This document shows positions 35,267 through 51,200 of a DNA stretch of 64,000 bases, piece after piece. The position numbers and the translations under genes are program-made. The stretch comes from Octopus vulgaris (taxonomy: Eukaryota). Location of the stretch: NCBI GenBank assembly GCA_951406725.2, contig OX597814.1:92876001-92940000 (forward strand), read 5' to 3'. The stretch's first letter is position 1; the number at the start of each line of letters is the position of its first letter. Below the pieces are notes generated by a model that did not search any database, was not told the DNA's origin, and was given only the letters and a program-made list of their open reading frames with translations.

Positions 35267-38047
35267 ATAATTTCTGCCCTGATTTTAATAATGAAGCTGT
35301 GAACACTCACTATATACACTTGTTTCATTGCTAAAATATTACAAGATAGGCATGAATACTCCACAATCACATTTTATCTCCTTTTCAATGTTACATCCTT
35401 GGTATTTATAGGCCAAGTAAAAAACAAAGTTGAAACATGCAAAAGTTGGAGTAAGATATTGGTATAAAATGGAATATAAGCCAATTAAATAAAAAAGAAA
35501 AAGAAAGTGTGTGTATATAGGTTTTTATTCCAGAATCATTTACAAGATCTTTCTCTGATGAAAGAAAAGAACCCTACCCTACTGGGTTTTGATATCACAA
35601 AGGTTCTAAACAACAGAATAGTCAATATATTATATATCTTTCTCAGTTAGCATTCTACAAATATTACCTTTATCAGAAAAAGAAGCTGAGGTGGGTGATT
35701 AATTAAAATATATTATGCATCACCAGTATTCTGTAACTGATGGGCTAAAGTATAGTATAAAAGCTATTTCTTCCAGACACAAACAATTCATTCACAAACA
35801 TATATTGTCACTGACACAAACTCACAAGCAATCTGTGGTGGGAAGAGAAGGGGAAAAAAGAAATATAATAAACCCCTAAAATTTTGCTTCAAAATTAAAA
35901 TTCTAAGTATGCATGTGTGGGGAAAGATATGTAAATGCTTAAGTCAGTCGTAATTTTTAAAATGTTCGGTTCCAAGACTGATTGTCCTGTTTTAAGTTTG
36001 ATGAATTTTCACTTTTCACACTAGAGTAACAAATGAAAATACAAAATGAGTACAATATAAATTTCTAACAGATGTCAACCTAGACATCGGTTATAAATAC
36101 AAATGATAAGATATTACTAAAACAGTAGGTTTCCACAATTACTTAAAAAAAGCCTACTGAAGTTTTAGATACAATATTTCTGAACTCGGAATATAAAGGG
36201 ACCAATAAAACATCCTACTTGCTGTGCTGCTGGATTCTCCATTAATTTTAATGAACATTTTATGTAGCTCTCAGGTTGGATCAGTTGACATGATATATGA
36301 CAAGGCTAGACCATTAAATTATAGACATAATCCATACTACAGGCTTCTATGCAGTTTCCATCAGGCCACTTTTACTAAGACTATGTCAAAAGATAGCCAA
36401 AATGACATGCAGTGGCAGGAATCAGGAAATCACAAAGTGAACTTAATCACTTGGCCATGCCTGTGGTCACTTTATCTTCTAACTTACCATCCTCCTCAGC
36501 AAAGTAGTAATGTTATTAATAAGTTTCAAAATTTGGCACAAAGTCAGCAGTTTTTGAAGGGAAGATGGAAGCTGATTACATCAACCCCAGTAATCTGATG
36601 GTGGTTATTTTATCAACCTCAATGGGATGAAAGGCAAAGTGAACCTTGGTGGAATTTAAACTCAAAACAAAGACAGACAGAATGTTACTATGTATTGTGT
36701 CCAGTGTCCAAATGATTCAGCCATCTCACAATCTTGAGTAACAATGATAATAATAGCGATTTCTAACATAGTTACAAAGACAAGTTTATGAAATGTTAGA
36801 GTTAATTTCAGTTGATGTCTGTACAAGACATGATCTTACGAGACGAGAGTTATAAACCAGCTATAAGTGGGTATGAATTGAGAATATATGGCGACAAGAT
36901 TAAATACTGTGAGATATTTAGTCCAGTATACTATTGGTTCTGTCAATCCACTATTCTTACTAACAATAATTTCCAACATCAGCACAAAGACACAAATATT
37001 AGAGTTGGGTACAATGGTTAGTTAGACTCCCATATTTGGCTACTATTTAATAATTACCCCGGAACATGAAAGACCAAGTCAACCTAAACCATAACTTGAT
37101 ACTGCAAGTACTACTATTTTCACTAATTCACGGCTCATAATAATGATTTTTAGCAGAGTAAAGCCAAAAATTTTGAAGAGGGGCTAGTCAGTTAAGCCAT
37201 CTCAATACCTGATGGATATTTTATTTTATCAATCCCAGAAAGGAAAAGTTGACTTTAGAGGGATTTGAACTCAGAGAATAAAGAATTGGAGCAAATACCA
37301 CAAGGTATATTGTCCAATGTTCTGACAATCCACAGTCCTTACTTTTAATTATGATAATAATAAAAAGCAGCAGCATAGCAATCTCCTGAAAATACATATT
37401 AAAAATATAAGTTACAAATTTCCAATGTGATCTCTTTTCGAACAACACACACTTGCACCATTAAGATAGTCCTGATCCAATTTTTACTCAATTGAATTAA
37501 GTAACAAACATAATATTGGGTATATTTAAACTGATAATCAATATAAAAATGCCACAAAAAAGTAAACAAATGCATGGCAATTACCTGTATTTATCCCCCC
37601 CACCCATAATTTTCTCGTTATTCAAATACCTATATCAGTATTTAGTTTAAATACACAAAATATATTCTCTGATGAATGAAAGTCTTAAAATCGTTTATTA
37701 ATGTGTGTGATTTGTTCAGAAAGGCTTTTTGATCACAAAAGACAATGTCAGGTGCAAAAATATTGTAAATTTTCCTCTAAAACTATTTCAGTGCAGATAT
37801 CTGCTATACCTGGATTGTGACCATGAGATGAACATCACATTCATATATAACAGAGAGAGAAAAAAAAAAGGGAATAAATATGATTATATATAAATAGTAT
37901 CGTTGCTAGACATTATTTGTTATATAGCCAGTTCACAACATGATCTGGATAAGAAGGACAATCACAAGCTAATGCAACACGACATTAGGATTCAGTAATA
38001 ACTAGCAAAAGGTGGGTATCAGAAAGTAAAGAATATGTATATCACAG

Positions 38048-38180
38048 CTAGACAGCATGAGATGGAACTTTGATAGGCTTTAATGCATCCACTTGCCAAG
38101 CCCGGATGTTTTCAAGAGCTTCATTTAATTTGTTGCACCATAAAATGCGTTCTTCTTTGGTGTCTGCAGATAACATATGT
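38048..38180 (-). CDS. ANLN: Anillin last coding exon ([29 protein letters not shown]...AV*)
   Basis: ttttcag acceptor, PH C-terminal helix, TAG stop. Confidence 0.95.
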
Positions 38181-41100
38181 CTGAAAATAGAGGAGTCAAA
38201 TTTTAATTTTCTCAGAATAATCTAAATAGATATTTATACATAGTCTTTTAATGAAAGTATTGTGTGTGCAAACATAAAAACAGAGAGAGAGAGAAATTCA
38301 GATATGAAATAAGACTGGTTAATACATACCTGATTGTAGCCATTGTGTGATGTTTTCGAGTGACCAATGTGTCTTCTTCTCCAGCCCGAAGTGGTCTTAC
38401 AGTACACATCTCAAATGTGTTTGGTCGAGCACAGATATCTCGTGAGATTAGCCCAACTTTCTCAGTGATACATCTCTTTAGGTCAATGTAACCAATAGGA
38501 TCCTGGAGATAAAAAAACATTTTTATACGAACAGTTTTGTTTGATTGTTACAATGAATTCTGGAACACATAGCTGTTAAGTACAGTTTGAAAGACGAGTA
38601 CTCTTCTATAACACCAATAACATGTTCTTGAAGACAAGAGTTTCGTTAGCTAACAAACAGATCAGGTCTAAGAAATTCAACATGGTTCATCTCAGTATTG
38701 TTAAGTAGCTATTTTGCTATTCTGTCTATGGTTAAGAACAGTACTTAGAGCAAGTATCTTCAACAACTAACACTTCAGATCAACCCAAACCTTGTGAATG
38801 AATTCAGAAGACATGAAATGTATAGAAGGCTGTTGGATAGAACTGCACCTGTATTTCAAAGACCCAGCCTTATTACACACTGTGTCGTGTTGGCTCTGCT
38901 GGACATTTACATTATATCACATACAGCCACATATTCAAGGAATAAATAAACTGGGAAACTCCAGTTTGAAACCAACACGAGATCAAGAATTAAAGCAATG
39001 CCAAAATAATATATATATATATAAAATTTTGCTTAGGCATAGCCATACTAATGGCCTGGCATTAAAACTCAATATATATATGCTTCAGAAAAAAAAAGCG
39101 TCAGTTGAGTACGGAGCAGTAATAAGAGATTAGATAAATGACATGGAAATAAGAAATTATGGCATGAACTTCAATAGCATACAACTGTTTCTGCTATAAG
39201 ATGCAATGCATTCATAACTGAGTGTTTGTGTATCACTCTTTAGCAGTGGTTCTCAACCTGTGGTCTGTGGATCCCTGGTGGTCTGCTAAGGTAGTACTGG
39301 GGGTCCGTGAACTAAATTCAAAATTTCATACACACACACACACACAAGGATAGGCATATTAAAAGAGGTCCATGAGGAAAATGCATTTAAATAAATGGGG
39401 TCCTTGGTAGTGACAAAGTTGGGAACCACTGCTCTATAGCTTCAGAGTTTCAAAAATGAAGTGCAGTTTTATTTGGGAAAGCATTACCATCTGAAAAAGC
39501 ATAAATATATGTAGTAAATGAAGGAGTTGGGATACTTGTGTATAATTGTTTTTCGACTCTCATAAATACATTCTTTTACACTTTCTCATTGTTTTGGATT
39601 CTATCATTTTCTCTCTAACTCCATTCCCAAGTGTATTCTTACTCATTTTTTTACTTATTTATATTAGTGTAGAAACTCCGTTTGGTGTACAAGATTGCAA
39701 GCTATGGACACATAAGAGGTGCAGCAGTATCACTGGAAGACTAATAGAGAAAGTAGTCTTTACATGTAGCAGATATGCAGGTACATTAAACATCAGGAAA
39801 GTACAAAAAAATAGACTCCCTCAAATATCAGTAGAAGACAGTTTCCATTACTTAGGTGACCAAGTTAGTAGTTGGGGTGATTGTTCCAAAAGCATAGCTA
39901 CTAGAACAGGTTGGGCAAAGTTCAGAGAGCTACTACCTCTGTTAGTAACGAAGGGCCTCTTCGTCAGAGTGAAAGGCAGATTCTGTATAAACAGACATGT
40001 GAGACGTGGGCTGTGACTACTGAGGATATGCAAAGGCTTGAAAGAAATGAAGCCAGTATGCTCTGCTGGATGGGTAATATCACTGTGCATATACAACATT
40101 TTGTCTGATGCATCAACAATTCTGCCAGCTCTCCATTAATAATTAAAAAGGTATAACAAATTCAATACTTCCTCTTAGCAACATTTCAAATGTAGTCATT
40201 ATCAAATTTATATTCACTTTCCATGCTGGAATGAGCAGAACAGTTCATGATCCAAGTCATTTTTAGTGGGGAGCCACTGCTCTCACAGACTGGTGCTCAT
40301 GTATGTAATTTTGGCTTGGTTTCTACAATTAAGATGCCCTTCTATCACCAATCCCATTCACTTTACAGAGTATACCAAATACATTTTCTCATGGTGTCAG
40401 TACAAGCTAATAAGTCCTTGGTAAAATACGAGTTCAACCTTACAGTAGAAGTATAAATCACAAAAATCAAATAAAATAATTGACTAGCTAAGACTACTCT
40501 GAGGAAATCATAAGGACTTAAAAACAAAGAAAAAAACAATTACCTTTCTGTTTTCATCATCTGGATATTTCCAATATTTCATTTTGTTTCCAGAAAGAAC
40601 ACACCAACGCCTATGCCAGGCACCTAACCCACTTACATCTTCAAACATAGTCTGGAAATGAAATTGATTAAAAAAACAAAGAGAAAAAAACTATTATATA
40701 ATTCTGTAATATTAGGCATTACATAAACTTTTCTTAAATCTAGATCAAAAAAACATTAACCTTTTAGCATTTAAACTGGCCATATCCAGTCAAAATATTC
40801 CCTGTTTTGGGTTCAAACTAAAAAAGGTAAAAAAAAGTAAAGTTCCTTCTTAGTTCATACCAACTCATAAGGGCTGGTTTCCAAGGCATATAGATTCCTC
40901 ACTTGGACAGGACACCAGTCTGTTGCAGGAATACTTACTTCCATCAGCTGAGTAGATTGGAGCAACGTGAAATGAAATTTTTGTTCAAGAACACAACACA
41001 TTGCCTGGTCCAGGAATCAAAACCACAATCTTCTGATCATGAGTCCAACACCATAACAACATGCGTACACATGTTCAAACTGGCAAGATTTGGCCTCTCA

Positions 41101-44100
41101 CCCCTATCCTACAATGTCATTTTAAGAATAAACAATCACACCATTGAAATCTCAAAGCTACATGATAATGCATAATTAACTCAAAACAATGTAAATTTAT
41201 AAGCATTACATTTGACAGAATCTGAATGCTGAAGGGTTCTGTTGGGGCAAGTGAAATCGAAATTGGACCAAATCTGATGACTGGCACCTGTGCCAGTGGA
41301 GCGCTAACAGCTCCATCCAAGAGGGATCACTGCCAGAGCAGCTGTCTGGCTTCCGTGCCGGTGGCACGTGAACAAAACATTTGAGTGAGGTCGTTGCCAG
41401 TGCTGCTGGACTGAATCCTGTGCAAGTGGCACGTAAAAAACACCATTTCAAGCGTGGCCGTTGCCAGCACCACTAGACTGACCCTCGTGCCGGTGGCACG
41501 TAAAAGCACCCACTACACTCTCGGAGTGGTTGACGTTAGGAAGGGCATCCAGCTGTAGAAACTGCCAGATCAGATTGGAGCCTGGCACAGCCATCTGGTT
41601 CGCCAGTCCTCAGTCAAATCGTCCAACCCATGCTAGCAGGGAAAGCGGACGTTAAATGATGATGATGATGATTTTAGACCTATACGTAAAATATTGTAGT
41701 TTAGGTCCAAGTCAGCTCAAATGTAATCATTTTGTCAGGTTTCCAATGTTTCTAGGTCTCCATTATCTAGCAAGCATTTTCTTAAAAGCAGACTACAATT
41801 TGAATTAGACTAGGTTATTATGTCTCATAATATTCCTATTTTAATTAGTTGTGAAAAATTATCAAAATAAATTGAGATCTAGTGATTACTAATGACAGAT
41901 GTTTCTGAAAGCATGTTTTAATACTGTTTAACAAATGCTATAATGCTTGGTTATGATACATCTTATATCATTTGAAGCCCTCATCACTATTAATCCAGTT
42001 TAAATATCAGGAGACAGAATTTGTAATTCATGCTTACTTGATAAAAGGGATCCTACATCAAAGATTTCTTGAATAAAAAAAAATTATGTAAAGAAACTAA
42101 TACAATTATTTCAACTGATGTTAAAAGAAAGAAAAGCTATATTTTACTTTTGTAACAATAACTATTTTTCTACTGAAAATGCTGTTTGATTAACAAGATA
42201 GATTCAGAATTGGAAAGGTCTATTTTGTTTGATAAGGTCCTCTTTAACCCTTTAGCAATCAGATTATTCTGCCAGATGGTTTGAATTAATCAGGAATTAT
42301 CTTCTAACTTCATGATTTTGATTATTTGAGAGTTTATTTTTAGAATAACATTGTAAGATAGGTGTGAGAGGCCAGATCTGGCCTGTTTGAACATAAAACA
42401 AGTAGAATATTTGGGCTGGATATGGCTTGTTTAAACACTAATGGGTTAATAAATAAATAAATGGCTCAGCAAATCAACTTACCAGAAAGCCACTCTCACT
42501 AACATTGGTTTCCATGTTGCATTTCATACGGAGATAAATAGATCCTATCAAAGGGGCATCATAAGGAACCTGATGAAGAGGAACAAAACTTTAGAAATTT
42601 CAAAATTAACAATCATTAGCTAATATTTTTTCCCTTTTAAATTGAAACTGTAAACATGAGCAGAATTAACCCTACTGATCCTAAGTAGACATGAAAGTAA
42701 ACTACCTGTTTACATCCTTTTAACCTTTATGCATTCATAAAGTGACTGGAAATAGAAACTAGATTCTTTGGGAATATTGTAAAATACACAAGATTGGTGG
42801 ATGGCAGAATTGTTCACTGTTAAACAAAATACCATGTGAAACTTTTATATCTCCTAAATTGATTTTAAACCCCAACAGCCGGAGTTTACTTTTCACTTTT
42901 TTGAGAAGGTTGATATAAGTACTAGTGTAGGAGCTTGCTTTAGCCCTGCATAACCGAGATTTGAAACCAAATCTATACACTTGTTGCCTGTCAGAAGACT
43001 GTCTGATTTCTTTCTCATTAATCTCCCAGCATGGAGATAAAACAATAGAATCAGACAGTATTATGACAAGCAACAAGTGTGTAGATTTGGTTTTGAATCT
43101 CAGTTAGGCAGGACTAAGCAAGCTTCTACACTAGTAAAATACTGGATTGAATGTAATCAACTTATATTCTGACCATAACCTAAATCTGTGGTTTTAAGTC
43201 AAAAAACTAGAAATCAACATTATGTAATAAGACTGATATTTATTTGTAGTCTTTTAAATTGGTCAAAAGAGTGTCCATGGCTATTGCAAGTTCTTCCAGA
43301 CTGATGACACAAGTGGTAAATGAGGTTCAAGTTAAATACTGGGGGTAAAAATGTGAGTGAAGAAATTATTCCAGGGGACCAATATTTTGGTGGGGAATGA
43401 ATGGATCAAGTATTTAGAGCGTTATTTAAGTAAGACACAGTAAGAATGATAGAAAGAGAGACAGGTAGAGTAAGCAGGCCTGGGTGGCAAAGATATGTAG
43501 TTGGCTAATTTAGAGAAGTAGAGGCCAATAGAGTAATAGAAAAGGCTAACTCGGTCCATAGTGAAGCTATTTTTATCAATATTTGACATTTTCAGAGTGG
43601 TAGACCAGGTGAGAGTAAAGCTGCTGCTGTGAATCGAAGTAGGACCTGCTGGGTTGCTGGAAACTGAAAGAAGAAAAATGTATGGAAATAAGCCAGTAAT
43701 AAACATCACTAGGGTTATGAACTACAGACATCAATCATCATCACAGTCATCATCATGCATGTATGTTTTCTATGCCAGCCTGAATTGACTTGGTCATCAC
43801 AGCCTGTGCAAAGTTACTGTCCCATTAGGTATGGCCTAGGGACCACACACTTGTCTGTTTCATTTCGCAGGTTTTTCTGCAGCTGGATGTCCTTCCTAAC
43901 ACCAACCACTTTACAAAGTATATTAGATGCTTTGAAATATTTTTTATGGCACAAGCACTAGAGAGGTTGCCATCTCAACAAATCAAGACTAAAGGTCAAA
44001 ACCTACACATATCAATAACCACTTTGTAGAGTATACTGGGAGCATTTTTTTGAGACATCAGGACTAGAGGGGTTATGTCAATACCAAAACTAAAAGGTTC

Positions 44101-47100
44101 TCTTAACCCTGTCTTTTCGTTACATTCAAATCCTACATTAGCCCTTCACATGTTCTCAAGGTGGAACATAACTGCTTCCTCTAGTCTGCCTGACTAACCA
44201 AAGAACAGGTCTCATCAGACCTGTTCTTTGATTCATATTTTAGAAAAACAGCCACTGCCACATCCATGCAAATGTGAAAAAAATTAACTCCAAAACAAAA
44301 ATTATGTAGGCAGTTAACCAAATATTAGATACTAAATTTATACTAGTATTAGTAACAACCATGACTGTGTGATAAGGGAGTTTGCTTCTTAAATATATAA
44401 GTTCAGGTTCAGTCCTACAGTATGACACTTTTAGCAAATGCCTTCTACTGTAGTCCTAGGCTAACCAAAGCTTTGTGAGTGGATTTGATGGATAGAAACT
44501 GAAAGAAACCTGTTGTATGTTCCTCCTTGACATTGTTGTAATAGTTGTAAATGAGTTTCATCATCATACAAGTAATGTCATTCATTTCCAACCTTCTATC
44601 ACATATGAAGACGTAGGAGTGGCTGTGTGGTAAGTAGCTTGCTTACCAACCACATGGTTTCGGGTTCAGTCCCACTGCGTGGCACCTTGGGCAAGTGTCT
44701 TCTACTATAGCCTCGGGCTGACCAAAGCCTTGTGAGTGGATTTGGTAGACAGAAACTGAAAGAAGCCCGGCGTGTGTGTGTGTGTGTGTATATATGCGTG
44801 TGTATGTGAATGTTTGTCCCCCCAACATCACTTGATAACTGATGTTGGTGTGTTCACCTCCCCGTAACTTAGCGGTTTGGCAAAAGAGACCAATAGAATA
44901 AGTACTAGGCTTACAAAGAATAAGTCCTGGTGTCGATTTGCACGACTATAGGCGGTGCTCCAGCATGGCCACAGTCAAATGACTGAAACAAGTAAAAGAG
45001 TAAAAGAGAGTAAGAGTATATCTGATCATATTACTTTGTCTTGAAACAAAAGTTGGTCAGTAACAGGAAGGGCATCCAGCCATAGAAAATCTGCCTCAAC
45101 AAATTTTATCCGACTCACTGAAACATGGAAAAGTGGATATCAAAATAATGATGATGTTGATAATTTTAGGACAAGTGTTCTCAGCAGACTAGATTTGATA
45201 CCAAGTTTAAATTCCTGAAAGTAACTATTAATATTACAACTCATTTCTCCTCCACTGATAATCCAAAGCTAAATGAATTTTTATCTTAATCCTATGGTAG
45301 CATGATCAAATAGTAATTGTTTGCAACTGGATATTCTTCTTAGTGTTAATCATTGAACCATAAAGCAGAATGGAATTGTTAGGCAAACTGAATAACAAGA
45401 TTTGAATTTAACTAAGTAGTCATCTCAGTAACAAAAAGAAAAAAAAAACCCCAAACAGTTATTTGCTATCAATATGACTTACCTGGTAATATAGGCGGTG
45501 CTTTACATTTCTTGCTCTTTTTCTTTTTGCAGCTTCTATCTTTTGACAATTTCTGTAATACAAGATACTTCAATTAAATTCCAAAACTATAATGAAAAAT
45601 CTAAAATGAAATTAAATAATCCCCCCATAATTTATTTAGCAAAATATTAACCCTTTCATTACCAACCCAGCTGAAACTGGCTCTGAGTACAAATGTCTTG
45701 TTTTCATAAGTTTTGAATTAAAATCTTCCAAACTTTAGTCACAATTTATGTTCCTAACACTAGCTGAATGATAACTAAGTAATTTTACTAAATTCTATGT
45801 TATATTTAAAGTAATTAAAAGAAGCACAGAGCATCTCAAAATAAATACAACAGCTGATGTATTTCTATCAATAGGTCTAGCACACTCACTGTTGAAATCA
45901 ACAAAATATATGATTATAGATACAAGGAAATAAAATTTTCTTTTCTACTTCACAATGTACATTAGCTTTTAAACCTATATTTTGTTTGTTAACACAAAAA
46001 TCAAGTTTTGAAATTCAAAATTAATATCTAATTTCACTATTTCAAAAAACTTTTCTTTTGAGCACAATAATAAATTTGCTTCAATGTTATTTCACTATTC
46101 AAGCTACAAGGTACACCAATATAATTTGAACATATAAAACATGCTTTTTTCTATAAAATAGAGTTACTTTGCATTTACAAGTCACTTAAAGTCCTTTAGT
46201 TAGTATAATACATTTAACATACTATTAATTTGATTTTATTCCAAATATTCATTTAACAATAGAAAAGTACAAAAAAAATAATTATGAATTTTCTTGGACA
46301 AGATTAATGACATACTGGTTTCCTGAGTAGAGAAATAAGAAATTAATAAAACAGACCTAATCCAAATTTTTCTCTTTATCAAACAATCAATGATTGAAAA
46401 GAGAAGGTAAAATGTAGTTTTACAAATCAGCAGTCAACCAAGTGACAAACTGGTTTTGTATGTAGAAGAGTTGTCACAAATTTTGAGATATGTAAGAGGA
46501 ACGAGTATGTGCCATAGGAAATTAAGACAAAATATGGAATCAGCTAAAAAGAGTTTTTGCAAAAGCAATAGAAAAAAATTTTGTTAGCAATCCTAACCAT
46601 TTCATAGAGCTCCAAAGTAACTTGAAATTTTGATGTAATATCTGTCATTTTTATCATGTTTGGAAAGTCCAAACTTCCTCTGACCATTGGATCATGTGTT
46701 GACATAAGCTGAGTGGTAAACACCTGAGGACCATTACGGAGGAGTATAACATAGTAGAAAACATTCAGATCTGAAGAGAGACGAAAATATAAAAAGAAAT
46801 AGATATGGGTATCAAATAATTCAAATGTAAAGAAATAATAAAACTGATGTCAAATCCCAGGACAATACCATTTATTGCAATAGTTCAAAACAAATTATTT
46901 ACCCCAACAGTACTAATTGATACAGATTTAAAACTTCAAAAATAAGTATTTATCTTCATTATTGAAATGTCCCCTTTCTCATGCTTGTATGGGCCAAAAG
47001 AAATTTAAAGCTGATTTTCTATGGCTAGATACCCTTTCTGCTGTCGACCCTCATCTGTTTCCAAGTAAGGGAATATTTCTTGGAGTCCTTCAAGCATAAC

Positions 47101-48180
47101 GGCACACTGGCCAAACATGTTGCTACAGAAGTTTGCAAAGAAATGACACAGCATATATATTATAGGGACATTCAGTTTTCAGCTAGCTAAGGATGTCAAG
47201 ACAAGACAAACACAAGCAAACATGCACATGCACACACAAGCATACATGTATATGCACACACAAGCATACATGTACATGCACACACAAGCATACATGTACA
47301 TGCACACACAAGCATACATGTACATGCACACACACACACACACATACAGTACATGCATGCACACACACACATACAGTACATGCATGCACACACACACATA
47401 CAGTACATGCATGCACACACACTATTATACATACAGACTTCTCTTAGTTTCCATCTATGAAATCCACTCCAAGAGTGTTTGGCCCAGGACTATAATAAAT
47501 GCCTAAAGTGAGTGCAGTGGGATTGAACCTGAAACCACTTGGTTGTGAAGTGAACTTAAGCGCACAACCATGTAAAATTGTAAAAATACACAATTAACCC
47601 ATTGTTAGTGCACCACTGAAGTATTCCAAAGTATCATTTTTGGATGGGTTCCGTGAAGGATGGAAAGATTTAAACTAGACGTCACTGTGTGGTAAGAAGC
47701 TTGCTTCCCAATCACATGGTTCCAGGTTCAGTCCCACAGCATGACACCTTGGGAAAGTGTCTTCTACTATAGATTGGGATTGACCAAATCCTTGTGAGTG
47801 GATTTAGTAGCCAGAAACTGAAATAAGCCTATCGTATATAAATATGTGTGTGTGTGTGTATGTCATTGTCCCCCCCCCCCCCAATCACCACTTGACAACT
47901 GGAGTTGGTGTGTTAATGTCCTCCTTAGTGGCTTGGCAAAAGAGACTGACAGAATATGTACCAGGCTTAAAAAAATAAGTACTGGGGTCAATTCCCCTGT
48001 AACTTAGCAGTTTGGCAAAAGGAACCAATAGAATAAGTACTAAGCTCACAAAGTATAAATCCTGGGATTGAATTGCTCGACTAAAGGCGGTGCTCCAGCA
48101 TGTCCACAGTCAAATGACTGAAACCAGTAAAAGAATAATCAAGCTATCAAAGTTCTCCTTTAGCTATACTGTTGGGTGGG

Positions 48181-48231
<51 letters not shown>

Positions 48232-48240
48232 AAGAGAGAA

Positions 48241-48273
<33 letters not shown>

Positions 48274-51200
48274 ACTCTTTAGCATTCTTATTACTCTGTC
48301 AAATACAATGCTTCATTATTCACATTATTTTTAATAAATCGTTAATCAGTAAAAATAATTAAAAAAAAAGAGTGTAAAACATAGTTTTACAAATCAGCAG
48401 TCAGCCAGGTGACAGACTGGTCTTGTATGTAGAAGTGATTTCACAAATTTCCCAGAGAAATGTGAGGAGGAAGGAGCATGTGCCAAAGGGAGATGGGATA
48501 AAATAAGGAACCAGCAAAAAAAATTTTTTTTGCAAAAGCAATTAATATTAGAAAAAAAATATATTAGCAATCCTAAACATTTCATAGAGCTCCAAAGTAA
48601 CTTGAAATTTTGAGATTTTGAAGATGATGATGATCATCATTTAATGTTCGTTTTCCATGCTAGCATGGGTTGGACGGTTCGACCGAGGTCTGGTAAGCCA
48701 TGGAGGCTGCAGCAGGCTCCAGTCTGATTTGGCAGTGTTTCTACAGCTGGATGCCCTTCCTAACGCTAACCACTCTGTGAGCGTACTGAGTGTTTTTTAC
48801 GTGCCACCAGCACAGGGGCCAGAGGAGGCTGGCAAACAGCCAAGATTGGTTGGTGCTTCAGACAGTGCTTTTTATGTGTCACCGGCACGGGTGTCTTAAC
48901 TACAATTTCCATTTGATTTTTATTTTGATGTTGGTTTTGACATACTTGACTCAATAGGTCTCCTCAAGGTGATTGTTTATTCTTAGAATGTGTGTGACAT
49001 GCCAGATCTGACTAGCTTGAATGTAAAACAAGTAGAATATTTGGGCTGGGTATGGCTGGTTTAAATTGTAATGGGTTAAGTATCTCTACCAAAGACTTAA
49101 CACTACATTGTTTATAAAATGTGAAATATTGCTCACTAAGTTAGTTTATTATATTATTTAATAATTATGTAGCTGTTTTATTGATAAGAAAGGGTTTTAA
49201 AAAAGTGGTCTAAATACTTAGTGTACTAGCTTTCAAATATCATGTGTTTAACCACTTTGATACCGACCTGTCTGAGGCTGCTATGGTTCTATGATAGAAA
49301 ATTCTGTTTTTGGGTACTTATAAGTATCAATACTTTATAGAACTTTTTGTGAAGTTATATGCCAAATACCTGCTTAATGATGGAGAAGATAGTTATTTTA
49401 GTAAATTTCTCCAAATACTTATTTTACAAATTGGAGCAGAAAGTATTTTGTTGGTAATATGGTCACAAAAGAGTTAGCATATCAAACCGAAAAGTTGAAG
49501 TTGGAAGACATAAAAGACAAACTGGTTCATGCCACTATTTGAAGGATAAGAATAAATGTAAATAAAGTTAATTTCAAAAGAAATTTATGGAAATGACTAC
49601 TTTCACTATAAGATTAATGTACTTGTGTTCTACACTATAGTCTATGACAAAACTTTTGCAAGAGAAATAACTTTCTTAGCAAAGACAAAGGGTATGTCGT
49701 AGACGAAAGCAAACAAACTTGACTGCCTACCATACACTGTGCTCAGTCTGCTAACAAAGTCTTTTTTTAATGGTAGTCGGATGTCACTTATAGCCAAAGT
49801 TCCTTTAGTGCCAGGCCCAAAAGGATTCAAACAGTTGGAAGTTTTCAAACGCTGAATTTCTTCTAGATATGCTCGGCGCTTCTGACCTGAAATAAGAAAA
49901 CAACCAGCTTAATACAGTTTTTCTAAACCCTGCAAAAGAAGTTAGAAGGCTAGGCCTCTACCCAGGCCTTTTGCAGCACCCAGCCCCCTTGTATATAAAA
50001 AAAGACATGATCACACTTGCTTGACATTTATAATTAACATTCATCAATGCTGTCATTTTTTTTTGGTTTTTTATTCAATAATGAAATTGTACCCATGAAA
50101 GCATGTTGCCTAGTAGTTAGTTTGTTGCAATCATGGAAGATTGCAGTTTCAATTTGTGGACTAAGTGGCACATTGTGTTCTTGGGCTAAATACATCATTT
50201 CATGTCACTCCAGTTCACTTAGCTGTAAATGAGTAACCCTGCAACAATGTCCCATTCAGGGAAAATGCTGCAACTTCATCCCTCTCAGTCACTTATACAC
50301 CACAGAAACCAGGTAATCATTCCTAAGAGTCCCAGGACTCAAAGCAGTAATGTCCAGGGATTATTACCATCAAAGCAAGTGTGCTCACTGGTTAAAAAAT
50401 ACATAGAGAGTCAATAAAAAATACATAGAGAGTCAACATACAGGCAATTAAAAGTAACTTGTGGCATTCTACTTGCTGGGCCGAACCACTGAAATTGGAG
50501 CCTTCAGTGCAGCACTGATTTAGTGCATTGCTGGTTTGCAAAATTACAGTCTGTTCAAGGGATACCTGATTACTGAGTTGCTAAAATAGAAGAAAAAGAA
50601 AAAAAAAATGATTATAGAATAAATTTTTAACCCTTTAGCATTTAGATTACTCTATCAAATGTAATGTTTATTTATTCACAGTTTTGAATTAATCATGCAT
50701 TATCTTGTAGATTGTGATTTCAATGATGTGAGTGTATAATTTAACAATGACATTGTTGGGTAGGTGTGAGAGACTAGATCTGACAAGTTAGAATGTAAAT
50801 AAAGTAAAAAATTGGGGCTAGATATGGCTGCTTTAAATGAAGAAAAGTCAAATTACTATTTACATACAACCTACAACAGAAGTCATTTGGTCAGTTGTCA
50901 GGTGAAAGTAATAATTTTACACCCTGTAACAGGAATGGATACATGTGATTAAGAAGTTTATTTCCCAAGCACAGGGCCTTGGAGTCAGCCCTACTATGTG
51001 GTTCCTTGGGCAAGTGTCTTCTACAATAGCTTGGGATGACCAAAACCTACTGAGCATATTCAGATTTAGTTGATGGAAACTGAAAGAAGTCCATCATACA
51101 CATATATAAAATGTGTAATAATAGTCAATATAAATTTTTGATTGGTTGGCTGGTTTTCTACAGTCACATTTTACATCATATAGTGAAAGGATGAGAAAAT

